A stretch of 53,714 nt of DNA, filler included, from Jimgerdemannia flammicorona (Eukaryota): NCBI GenBank assembly GCA_003990765.1. It is 3 parts of 3 records of this genome, joined end to end, with 100 filler letters (N's around TTAATTAATTAA, not from the genome) between each part and the next. Parts side by side here need not be neighbours in the genome. Positions count along the whole stretch, not along the records: positions 1 to 17,844 come from RBNJ01002386.1; 2 more parts are not named here. One strand, given 5' to 3'. The position numbers were made by a program, and so were the translations under genes. Positions 1 through 11,609 of the stretch are shown piece by piece. The number at the start of each line of letters is the position of its first letter. Within the stretch, counting starts at the first letter, position 1. The notes beneath the pieces are model-generated. The model made no database searches. It was not told where the DNA came from and saw nothing but the letters and a program-made list of their open reading frames with translations.

Positions 1-107
1 TACGGGTGGGGAGGAGGTTGCGGATGGGGGTCGCGGATTGGGAGGGGGTTACAGTTGGCGGGTAGGGGGTTGCGGATGGGAAGGGGGTTACAGGCGGGAA
101 GGGGGCG
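1..107. repeat. G-rich degenerate tandem repeat (GGGGGTTGCGGATGGGAA-like units), truncated by window start
   Basis: Several imperfect copies of ggggttgcggatggg / gggggttacag in the first ~105 nt. Confidence 0.5.
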
Positions 108-1378
108 CTCTACAAATACAGCTGGTTTCATTTTATTTCTCTTTTATAGTTGTAATAGATAATAATAATAAAATAATAATAATAAATGATAATAACAAGT
201 AAAAATTATAATGTGTGCCTAAATGGCACGAGCAACTGTCTAAAAGTGGCCGGATGAAGCATTTCACATTGTGAGCAAAATGATCGCACGATCATGTCTT
301 TATTGAAAATAGACGAAGTCGGTCGCCTCACAAATTAAACTAACAATGACCTTGTGCATCCGACTTGGAAGGAATTTTTTTAATACCGAAATTAGGAAGA
401 TGTGCAAATCAACAATATCTGAATAGTGATAATAATGCTGTAATAAATTTATATAATTAGTGGAATGGGGATTTTTTTTCATTATTATTATTATAAAAAA
501 GAGAGATTTACTTGGATATGGTGAGAAGATTCAAAGCAAAAATTTGTAAGGAGGCAATTGGTCCTTCCTTCAATCAGGCCAGTTACGTGTGATGGGTTTT
601 TTGTTTAATTTTATGAGGCCAGAATGGGCTCAGTGGGTTTATGTGCGTGGTGGCCCGAGGAACTTTGTTTGATAGACCCCCGCCGGCGAGGTTGCAGAGA
701 AGCACGTTGAAATTTTCTAGAGCGCGAAGCCTTTTATAGCGCAAAATAAAATTTATTTTTATCCGCACATAAAATCGATTGCCCATTATCATTCAGTATT
801 GCTTTCCGAAAGGAATACATGCATAATCCCTTGTATTAATGCGCAAACCCATTGGACTTATTTATTATATCTGGAAACGGGTAGCTTGAGAAGGATCCTT
901 GCCAAACTCATCGACCACGTTTTTCCCGTTGTCACGAAAACCTTCACCTCACACCTCTGCCTGGGTACGTTCTCCGTTATTTTCCAGAGGATCTCACTGT
1001 GCCACAACAGATCTGTCTCAGAGCTGCCCGCGGAGATCGAGGTAGACTTCGAGGTTCATTGGCTGTGGGATGGTGATGATTTCAGTAATATGCACTGCAC
1101 CCGGGAGGTATTTGGTCAGGAGGCACGGATACGTCTTTATATAACATTGCAAGTCTCCTCCTGTTGGACCTCGATCTGAGCATGTGTCCGGGTGTGGAGA
1201 GGAGGAAGACGGAAGAGCGGTAAGTATTGCATCCGTTATACTCTGTTTCGCATCCAGACGAGCCACAAACCTACAATCACGCGAGCCACATTCACACCAC
1301 CAACCCCCACTTCCACCCAGTCCGCAACCCACACAACCTGCAAACCAACGCACCTTAACGTTACTGAATGGAGATGAC

Positions 1379-1598
1379 CTAGAATAGACCGGTTTCGCCC
1401 TTGCTTAAGGGGCTCATCAGTTGGTTTACAGCAACCAAGACCGGCATAAGGAACCGGTCAAAAGTAAAGTTAGTAGGTGATTTGGATTTCGAAGATTATA
1501 CAATATTCACCACGTTGATTTGATATGAAATACTTATCTGCATGGAGATATTTATCAGCTATAGAAGGAAGGTATGAGGAGTCGGAACCCCTACATAC
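1379..1598 (-). other. Putative spliceosomal intron hosting the hammerhead ribozyme
   Basis: Minus-strand donor GTATGT at 1598 (alternative GTATTG at 1643), branch point TACTAAC at 1475-1469, acceptor TTCTAG ending at 1379. Followed by a 25-nt candidate exon (1378-1354) and another donor-like GTGCGT at 1353. No transcript evidence. Confidence 0.5.
1388..1445 (-). ncRNA. Type III hammerhead ribozyme
   Basis: Minus strand reads GCCGGUC UUGGUU gcugua AACCAA CUGAUGA GCCCCUU aagc AAGGGC GAAA CCGGU. Both core boxes (CUGAUGA, GAAA) are intact. Stem I is 6 bp (1438-1433/1426-1421), stem II is GCCC(c)UU/AAGGGC, stem III is GCCGGU/ACCGGU. The GUC triplet predicts cleavage between 1439 and 1438. Confidence 0.9.
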
Positions 1599-1823
1599 AA
1601 CATTCGTTCCCCAAATGGTTCGAGTCTCACACAAGGACAATACCTGAGGTAACCGCCCACAGCAATGTGGCCACAGGCGATCATGCGTCTACCCCACCAG
1701 AGGTGAAACTAACATGCTCCATAAACTGCGGGCCTGATACAACATTATAACCCGGTGCTGGCTCGAGCAGGGAAATCGGCTGCAAGCGAAAAAATCTTTA
1801 TTTTGAACTGAGAAAAAAAAAAG

Positions 1824-1871
1824 TGACGTCACCCAATTGTCATGTCGTCACCCAATTGTCATGTCGTCACC
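1824..1871. repeat. 19-bp tandem repeat (CGTCACCCAATTGTCATGT x2.4) starting in a TGACGTCA (CRE/bZIP-type) palindrome; possible promoter element
   Basis: Units at 1827-1845 and 1846-1864 plus a partial; TGACGTCA at 1824-1831. Confidence 0.6.
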
Positions 1872-2287
1872 ACCAAGAGAGATCACCGGTGAATGGTTTG
1901 CAGGAATGTCTTGGAAGCTATGTGTTATGAGGGGAAACTGAGGCCGACGGGAGCCCAGTTGAGGTGCGGTGTAGACATTACTCAGCCACTGCACATAGAG
2001 CTATACATGGCTGCCAAATTCCATCATCATTATAAAAATAAAAATAAAAAAAAATCATATCTGACCCAATTTGCATCATCCCTCTTCCCGGACCTCGGGA
2101 TGACAATCATCCACCTCAGCGCCTTCCTCATTCTCACACCAATGGTCTTCCTCCCAGCCCGAAACCTCAGCTACACAAGCCTCATCAGTATTATTGACTT
2201 GATTCTCACCTTTCACCAGTATCATTCAGGTGACACAAGACTCAGACAACACTTTTCTCAATGTTTTTGGTGACAGATGACATCAAC

Positions 2288-4203
2288 ATGGATAGCAATG
2301 ATCAATCTGGTGAGCGTGCTGGCCAGGGGGGCAGTGATGCCTTTGGCTGGCAATAGGTAGAGAGGAGGAGAGATGGTTTGGGGATGCTGGGGGCCTTGAT
2401 GGCTGACTGAGGCACTGGTGGTGGAGGGAGGGATAGCTTGAGGCAGCGAGGAGGGGAGAGGTTGACCTTTGCTGACAAGGTCAAGATGGGGAGGATGGCC
2501 TTGGGTCTGGATGGCTGGCTGGGCCTAGGGAAGATATTAATGGCTACTACTAGAGGTTAAGAAGGAGTGCCCAGGGGAGCATCTGGTGGTAGGAGAGGGG
2601 GGGAGTAGGGGCTGGTAATGTGACTGTTGATGGGGCTGTGACTGAGGATCTGGATAAAAATCCAGATGTAACAGCAGTTGATGAATCAGGACAGAGGGTG
2701 GATATGAGGCCCAGAGACCTGGTAGATGGAGTGATGAGTATAGTATCAGTACTGTTACTCAAGAAATCAAGGTTGGAATTTGTCATCACAATGTGCTTCA
2801 GGGACTTGGCAGTAACTGTGAGGATGATCTTGGGACTGGTGACACAAGAGACAAAGGGGGTAGCATTAGTGAAGTTTTTGAAGAGAAAAGAAGAGGTCAA
2901 GGTAGGATTTGAGGAAGAGGAAGCATTGTTGGCTGCCATGAAGAAGGGGGTGACAGTGGGTGAAGTTGTGGTCCCTATGACCAGGTGCATATGCTGGGAC
3001 CCCCGAGTGATGCAGTTGATGATATTGGATCTTCCTACAGTATTGAGGGAGAGGGCCAGGGAATTGATTGTAGGGGCAGTCAAGGAGTATGGAGAGATTG
3101 TGGACATTGGGTTTAAGATCTGGGAAGGAACAAAGCTCTGGACTAGTGATATTGATATCCAGGTGAGGCTGGCTGGAAAGGAGAACATGAGAAAGACAAG
3201 GGATTGGCCAGCAACTCTGAAGTGGGAACCAGTAGAGTGCAAGGTCATGTGAGTGAGGGAGACTCTGGAAGAGGAGAAAGATTTGTTTGAGACTCTGGAG
3301 AACCTGGAAGAGGCAGTCGAGAGGAGGAGATTGGCTTGACAGAAATATGAAGCAAAGATGGTGGTGGAAGTAGTCGAGAGGAAGAGGACCAGAGTGGACA
3401 AGGTGACCTGGGAGAAGATGCAAGGGAGGAGAATCCAGAAGGAGCTACTGACGAAGTTGGAGAGCAGTGGGGCTGGCAGTGGTACAGGGGATAAGAGAGC
3501 AGGATTGCATATGAGTGACTGGATGGGGGGAAGTGAGATGGCCCAAGGTGGAGCCCAGAATAGACCAAGAGAGGAGGAGCAGAACAGTGTAGAGGTGGAT
3601 GCAGAGATGAGTGAAGGAGTCCAATCTCAGTATAGTGTCCCAGGGGGAGCAGGGGGTGAGGTGGAGTTACTGGATATCCCAGATGAGGAGTGGGATAAGT
3701 CGGTAAGAAGGAGCACTCTGGTGGACCTGGGGGTGGGGGATGGTCAGGTTGTCCAGAGTATGGTAGAGGCAGTAGATGAGAAGAAGTAGCTGTAGAAGAC
3801 TTTGGAAGAGGTGGCAGCAGAGGAGCTAGGGGGAGAGGACTTCCAGGTTATGAAGGAAAGGCATTAGGAGGAAATTCTTCATAGGGAGGAGGTGCCAAGG
3901 AAGGTTAGAAATGAGATTCTGGTAGTACTATTGGAATCAGTTAAATATCAGGTCGATGACCAGTGAGAGGAGGAACTTCAGAAGATTGCGAATGATAGGG
4001 TGGCTTACTTATAGGGATTGAGAAAGAGATTGGAGAAGTGGAGAGTGGTCTGCACAGACTATCAGATAGAGATGGAAGTGGTAGATGGGGTGGAATGTTA
4101 GGAAATCTTAGAGGCATTGGATGCTCAGACTGTAGTGGAGGGGGACTTAAAAGCAGAGCAGTGATTGGATCTGACTGGGGATGAGATGAGTATGGAATAC
4201 TAG
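2288..4203 (+). pseudogene. LINE ORF1 (nucleic-acid-binding, RRM-like), interrupted by stops
   Basis: Collinear with ORF1 of copy 2 (e.g. VMQLMILDLP...KEYGEIVDIG); several in-frame stops. Confidence 0.8.
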
Positions 4204-4234
4204 GCTGGGTTATCACATTCAAATATTATTCAAT

Positions 4235-7200
4235 ATGAATAGTATAACTAGAATATTCTCTTTGAATGTAAATGGGTTGAGGGGGGCAGCTCAGCAAAAG
4301 TTCATATTTGGTTGACTCAAGGGACTGGATGCAGATCTCTTTTTACTGCAGGACATATATTACGAGACAGAAGTAGACTTTCAGGATTGGACTAGGGAGT
4401 GGGGGGGAGTGGTGGTGTGGTTTGGGTGGATAGCTATCTTAGTGTGGAAGGAGATGGGGGATATTGGTGATAGGGAGTCAGTTGGTGTAGGGAGTATGGA
4501 AGAGACCTGGTTGGAGCCCTTTGATGGTTAAGTTATATTATTGCCTAGTAGAGAGGGGGGAGTGGGTGGACTGAATCAGGAATTTGCAAGAGGCTGGTAT
4601 CTTGGTTGAGGCTGAAATTGAATGCCTGGAGGGGGATTTCAATATAGTAAGAGATAATGTAGTAGACCAGACTGACAGTGGGAGAGAGATGAAGGACCAA
4701 AGTGGCGGATTGGATAGTTGGATGGAGATGGAGAGGTTGAGCTCTCTGGTAGACTTGGAGAGATAGTTCTGGGAGGATTATCGAATTTATACTCACTGGA
4801 TAACTGGCCTGAGTTCTAGAATTGACTGGATACTGATAGCAGAATACTGGGGAGTGGATGTCTGGACTATGCTGGAGGTGGTATAGTGCCCATGGTCTGA
4901 TTACTGGGGTCTGCTTGGGGGGGGGGAGGTTTGGGGGAAGTAGGGATGGGTCTGGACATTGGCAGCTCAATTCCTCTTTATTGGAGGATAGCAATTTATG
5001 GGCTGACTGAGAGACAGAGGTTGTTGGAAAAATTGATCAATGGTGGGAGCAGGGCCTGGCAATAGGAGATCATTGGAGAAGGCTGAAATCGAGTGCTCAG
5101 GGATATTGGAGAGAGGCAGGGAAAGGGAGGAGTGCTCAGCAGTGACAGAGAGTGTGTTGGGCCTTGTAGTGGCTGGGGACACTTCTGGAGAGATGGGCAG
5201 AAGTGCTAGAAGATAGAGAGGTGGTAGACTGGTATATTGCAAGGATTTAGAAGGAAGTCAGGGAACTTAAGGAGGTGCTACAATTGGAGGAAGAGGCTAA
5301 ATTAAAGGGGTTGGTAGCAAGGTTGAGGTGGTAAGGGTTGGAGGAAGAAGAGTGACCCACTCAGTTTTTATCATGGATATTATAAGTATAAAAAACTAAG
5401 CAGTGGTGGGATAGCATCTTAGATGAGAATGGAGAGATGGTGGTGGAGACTCCAGTGATTCTGGGATTGCTAAGGTCCTACTGAGAGCACCTATGGAGTG
5501 AGGAAGAAGGGGGTGGAGATGTCTTGGACATTGAATGGTAGTTGGAGAGTTGGCATCTGAACCCAGCAATGGGGCTAGGGGCTCTAGGGGACTGAGTGAG
5601 AGGGGAGGAGGTGTGCAAGGTCCTGGCTTCGACAAGTAAGGGGATGGTGCTGAGAGAGGATGGGCTTCCCTGGGATTTTTGGAAAAAGATGGCCAGATGT
5701 ATGATGAGGTTCTTCAGTCTGGAACTTGGATTGGGGGCCAGCATCTAGGGCTGGTCTCTTTGCTCTTTAAGGATAAGAGGAGAAAGGAAGATTGGAAGAA
5801 CTGGTGTCCGATCATACTCCTTGATATGGACCACAAGCTGGTTATGAAGGTCTTGGTGACTAGGCTGCAGGGGATTGCTCAGCAAGTGCTGGAAGTTGAG
5901 CAGAAAGGTTTTGTTAGTGGTCGGTTGATTCGAGATGAGATGGCCTGGGTTCATGAAGTGATTGAAGGGGCTCAGGCTGCTGGGGTTGATGGCTGACTGG
6001 TGTTTCTAGATCAGGAGAAGACATATGATAGAGTGCAGAGGATCTGGCTAGAAGGAGTGCTGAAGCAGGTGGGTGTTTCACTAGGGTTCTGGAGGTTATT
6101 AATCAGTCTTTTGGAGGACAGTCAGACAGACTTGGTGGTCAATAGATACAGGGGTGTCACCTTCCCTCTGGGTCATAGAGTACTGCAGGGGGATCCTTTG
6201 TCACCCATCTTGTATACCCTTTCCTTGGAGCCCCTATTGGATAGGATCCAGTGTCGAATTGGGGGTTTGGACATTCTAGGAATTAACTGGAAGGTGGGGG
6301 CCTTTGCAGATGATATGGTAGTTGGATTGGGTTCATTGGCAAATGTGGAAGAATTGTGGCAGACTGTGGAATGGTATGAGAGGGGCTCTGGTACTAGGCT
6401 CAATTGGCACAAATGTGAGACTATGATGTTGGGTGGAGGAATAGTTGATGGTGACATGATTGAGATGGTGGTGCTAGCAGGAGATCCCATTTGCTATCTG
6501 GAGATCTACTTCTCCATATATGGGTCTCTCCTTTCTCACACTTAGTGGGAACAGCAACCCCTAGTATGGGGAAATGAGCTTTTATAGTGGGGCAGTCAGC
6601 ACATTTCCTTGGCAGGAAGGGTGATGGTGCTGAATATATATTGGCTGTCAAAGTTGTGATATGTGGGGTATCATCTCGACTTCCCAGTGTGGATAGTCAG
6701 ATACCTTCTGAAGATAGCAAGGACATGGATCTGGGCTGAGCAGCAGAGTCAGATAGGATGAGAGGTGCTGACTCTACCTGTAGATAGTGGTGGACTGGGC
6801 TTGGTGGACTTCCCCAAACACCTTCATTGCTTATGAGTGTGGTGGCTGAAGAGGGTGAGTGAGTTACGGGGACAGGAGTGGGTACTGCTCATGCAAAGGG
6901 TGTGGGAGGCCTGGTATTTCCCCTGCAGTACATCTGGTGATCTGCTTGCAATGGTGGCCCTGGATGGGAGCGAGAGGATGTGATATAAGGGCTTTTGGTG
7001 GGGGGTGGTAGATGGTACTTGGAGAATTGATTTGCGATGACAGGGCAGTGAAAGTGAGGGAGATTGGGGACTGCAGATGTGGAGATGGGACAGGCTTCTG
7101 TTAGGTGGTACTTTGGTAGAGGACTTTCAGCTTAGCAATAGTATGGAGTGCTTGGGGGCTTAGGGGGGGACTGGTGGCCTATTGTGTAGTAGAGGGTGGG

Positions 7201-7810
7201 GATTAGCAAGGGGTGGAACTGGAATAGGCTTTGGCCTTAGAGCAAGCAGATGATGCAGTGGCTCCCTCCCAAGTTCTGAGTAGTGTGGTGACAGTTTCTA
7301 AGGCAAAATGTGATGTTGAACTTTTGGTCTGGGCACTTAGTGGCAGATAGACAGTATGAGTGTGAGGAATGTTTGGATGTTAGACAAGAAGGGGAAGTGA
7401 TTCAAATGCCTGAACATTGGTTTGGGAAATGTAACATTCTGGGGGTTTTTTGGCATCGTATTGCAGACAGGTTAGGACTATAAGCCCTGGTAGAAGGAGA
7501 AGGGAGGAGATAGAGAGAGCTCTACTGCAGGTTAGTGGAGGGGGTTGATGATGAATGGCTGACCCTGAGTTGGGCTCTGGCAATTTGGATTGGGCTTGTC
7601 AGACATTGGTTATATATATTTAAGAAGGGTTGGCAGATAGAGATTGGGGATAGGGTGGCATGGTGAGAATGGCTGTTATTGGATATTTTGAATAGCTAGT
7701 AGTGGGGGTGGGGACCTGGAGGGGGTAGATGTCAGAGACTGGTGAAGTATATGTGCTGAAAAAGTAGAGGGCAGGTCTGAGTGGTGGGTGACTAGGTTAT
7801 CTTCTAATAA
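4235..7810 (+). pseudogene. LINE ORF2 (APE endonuclease + reverse transcriptase), decayed; 3' end approximate
   Basis: NVNG, GDFN, SRIDW, KNWCPI, DQEKTYD, QGDPLSP and FADD motifs visible in fragments. Confidence 0.85.
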
Positions 7811-7918
7811 GGAGGGGTGGAGGGGGGTGAGGGGGATCCAAGAGATATTGGGTGAGGGGATGGGGGTAATATTGTATTATTAATGTAGATTGCAGTAATA
7901 AAGGGAAGTCCAAGTGAC

Positions 7919-7954
<36 letters not shown>

Positions 7955-8093
7955 CATCAGTATTATCAGTGTAGTAAACATTTCATTATCATAATGTATG
8001 ACAGACATCTAAGAATGAGAGTCCTGGGAGTCTGAGAGATCTTATAGTAGGTTTTTGAGGCTAAATATTGAGATATTGAATTTGCTGAGTGAG

Positions 8094-10589
8094 TTTTTTT
8101 TTTTTTTTTTTTTTTTAAACCAAGAGAGTATCTATAGACCAGCTTCTGAAATAGATAGATCAGAAAAATTAATACAATTATCTTTACTATAGAGTTATGA
8201 ATCTCTATATAAAGGAGATTTCATTCTCTCTATATAATTGTCAGTATATATATTCATACTTCTTTCTCCTTGTGTAGGATATCAATATTTTCCATCTGAC
8301 TGAAAAACTATTCTATTGAGTTTTGAACTAATAATGTCTCAATCTGTTGATATATAGTAAAAATAAAAATAAAAAACATTATTTTATTTCTTCTGACTCA
8401 CTTGGTTTATATTATATCATTATTAATCTTCTTCCTTTTTATTTATTTATTTTAATTATCAATTCTTTAAGAATTTTATCTATATATTATTATTATTATT
8501 ATTATTTTTTTTTTTTAACTAATTTAATCTAATTTTCTTTATACCTTCTCTCTGGTATAGGTTATACTATTTTTTCCACTATCTATAAAGATATGATAGA
8601 ACTAAAGTAGTATGTATATTGGTATAGTCAACTATTCTTATAGAATTACTTTCTTCTAATAACTATATTTATTATATTCAGATAATTAAAATATATATTT
8701 TCTGGTAATTGAGCTATTTGTGGAGTTTGATGGAAATAATAGTACTAATGATAGGATAGTACTAATATTTGTTGATAAATATATAATATATTTTATAATA
8801 AGTATCCAGATATATTATATTTAATATTACTATTATATAGAAGATAGATTTAGTATTTTAAATTATTAAATAATACTGTACTCCTATTTAAAATACTGTT
8901 AAATTATAATCTTCATATCTTTGATAATTACATCTCTCTCTACTTTAGTTATATAAAATATTATCAATATCTCTAGTTATGATCTCTTCTGAATAAGCTT
9001 ACTATCTAGCTTATTACTATCAATCTTATCATTTAATATACTCTTACTCTTAACTTTATAAATCTCATCTAAAAGCTTAGTCTACTCAAATGGAATAGCT
9101 TTAAGAACTGATATAACTCTGATTATAGAAAGTATATCCTGATATATAGCTTAGGGAGATATATTATCAGTATACTTATCATCAGTATTACAATTATATT
9201 TCTTAGTTTCAATAGAGTTATAGTGAGTTTGATTATAGTTTAGAGTTAGAGTTAGGTATGTTCTTTTCTTTTTTTATCACAGTTATCTTTTTACTTACTT
9301 ATTACCTATACTTGTTCAGTCACTTTATCCCTACTACTTAGTAACTCTTTAAACAGATCTTATTATCTCATATTTACTAATAATAGTTAGTACTATATAG
9401 AGCTTTCTCCTATATCATATTATGTCAAATTGAGTAAACTTTGAGACCAATTTAATCTTGATACAGTGAGATAGATTATAGAAATTAGTAAAGAATTTTA
9501 GATTATAGTAAACTTTATATAAATTTTATTTCTAAATACTACTTATTTGTAATTATATCTTAGAAGAAATTTAGGAATAAAAAAAAATCTCATTAGGAAT
9601 TTTTCTATTTTCTGAAATATTGACTATATATTTTGATATCAATGATAGTTATAAGTATATATCTAATAATATTATATATTGAACTAAATAGATTTTTAAC
9701 AATAATTAGCTATAATACTACTATTTCAATCATAATAGAGACTATTTGTAATGTATTATATATTAGTATATATTAAATAGAAATATCAATAATGAGAGAT
9801 AGAAAAATAAATAATAGTAATTACTAAAATATAAAAGTATCAATATTTAATACAAAATTGAAATTTATAATATAAGATAGGTATCTCTTTTTTTTTAAGA
9901 TAATTAAGAGTATAATGTTATATATCTATATCAAGAAGAGAAAGTTGAGTTAATTATACTATTTTTATAGAAAATAGAAACTTGCCAATAATATTTATTA
10001 AGTATCAGATTACTGACAGTTATATGGAAGTGCTCTAAGTATATAATGAGAAATATATATTATATATTCTCTCTATATAATTGACTTCTCTCTCCCCTTT
10101 CACTCTCTCTTTAGCATTTTTCATATTTCTATTTAAATTTTATAATTGAGATCTATATCACCCTACTGAATCTACTCTCTCTAGTTTTATAGAAATTATT
10201 AGTAAAATTTTATTTTATAATTACAATAAGCTTATTTGTATATTTTTGAGTGGAGATAGTTTTCTATTTTAGAATCAAGACTAGTAATACTATTTCATTA
10301 TATTTATAAGCTTAGAGTATAATCTGAGATTATTAAGTAAAATAAGAATAGTCTTGTCTAATAAAATTAACTAATATATAAAGATAAAATCACATAATAT
10401 CAGTAAGAATACAATATTACTATTTTTTATATTAACCTTTTGTCAACCTTTAACTACTCTCCTCTTACTATATAATATATCATTAGATCTATTCAGAGAT
10501 CTCTCTTAAGACCTATAACCTTCTTTTAGAGCTTATAGAACTTATACTCAGTTATATTAAGTTTGATAATAATTATGATCACAATATAT
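8094..10589. other. Extremely AT/TpA-rich decayed sequence, probably an old hypermutated transposon relic; begins with a poly(T) tract
   Basis: Essentially no CpG, abundant TA dinucleotides, no ORF; poly(T) at 8094-8116. No family could be assigned. Confidence 0.4.
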
Positions 10590-11609
10590 TGTAGCATTGG
10601 GTTTGTATCCCGAGTTGCTTCTCTTGCATGGCTCAATGTGCCACTTGGTGAAGCGCGTGATGGATGTGAGTGTGTTCGCAATGGTTATGGGTCGATAGTC
10701 ACATGACAGGTCATTCAGTTCATATGATAATTAATAGCAGGAGTTCATTCGACGATGGCTCAATTGTTTAGTGGAAAAAGGTGTTGTTGCTAACAGAGAG
10801 TGGTTACTTGGGTGTGCTGGCAGCGATAAACTTAGTAGAATATGCAGTTGATTTGAAGCGGGTGACGGTCTTGACTTTAAGCGGTCAATTAAAGCGGTCC
10901 ATGGCGCAGTAGGTCAGGAAAACGGAGGTTGACAGCTCACTCGTCCATCTTGACTTGTTAACTTGAAAGGTTCCTGGCGATTGTTTGGGTCTTTGGCAGT
11001 GGATCAGTCTTTGGGTGGTCTAGTATACTTTGGCTGGGTATCCTTGGGTTTCTGGGTCTTGAATCTTGAATGGGCAGTCCAAATGCGCGGTCCGAATGGC
11101 AGTCTGAATGGTGGCAGTCGGGTAACATTTTCTTTCCATGGCAAGAGAAAATTCTTTAACTCAAACTTCTGAGTAATCTGTTGCTCTAGGTTGTTATCTT
11201 GTTCTCAGAATTTTCCGGTCTCTTGGAGGCAGTGGTTTCTTTGTAAACTAGAACTGACTGAGGTTTTATTCACTCTAAGGATATGGGTTATTTATACAAG
11301 TTTGCTAGCTATGGGTGGGGGTGCGACTAAGGCTAAGGTATACTATGTTGTGGCGAACTTCACTATGCTATTGGCTTGCATGATGTGAGGTGCAGGCTAT
11401 TGTTTACTACAGATTGGGTTGTAGGGGATAGCAACGCTGGATTCGGATAAGCAGACAGGAGTGCTGATTGTTGCCAGAAATGGTTGTGGAGGGTGGCAAT
11501 GCTGAATTCAGACCTGCTGACAAAATGCTGAAAATGGTAGTACTGGGTAGCAATGTTGGAAATGGACTTGCTGACAAAAGCTGGGTTCTCACGGCTGATG
11601 GGCGGTACT

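Larger units (their letters stand above)
2195..7950 (+). mobile_element. L1/Tx1-like non-LTR retrotransposon, copy 1, full length and decayed
   Basis: ORF1 and APE-RT ORF2 remnants, AATAAA and a 29-nt poly(A) tail (7922-7950). Flanked by a 16-bp TSD: GCCTCATCAGTATTAT (2179-2194) / GTCTCATCAGTATTAT (7951-7966). Confidence 0.93.

Noticed and set aside
847..1353. TGA read-through (genetic code 4) ORF
   Set aside because: Only three TGA codons; chance or CGA/TGG-to-TGA mutation explains them equally well, and no protein family was recognised.
1617..1628. GGTTCGAGTC B-box/T-loop-like motif suggesting a tRNA or SINE
   Set aside because: No cloverleaf, T-stem or matching A-box found.
1645..1720. 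Possible HDV-like or opposite-polarity ribozyme near the hammerhead
   Set aside because: Could not build P1/P3 pairings or find a plus-strand hammerhead core, so no support for an integrated ambisense viroid-like genome.
2160..2194. Second CTGATGAG on the minus strand (also in the TSD copy at 7953-7960) as a possible hammerhead
   Set aside because: A short stem II can form but is followed by GAGG rather than GAAA, and there are no stems I/III.
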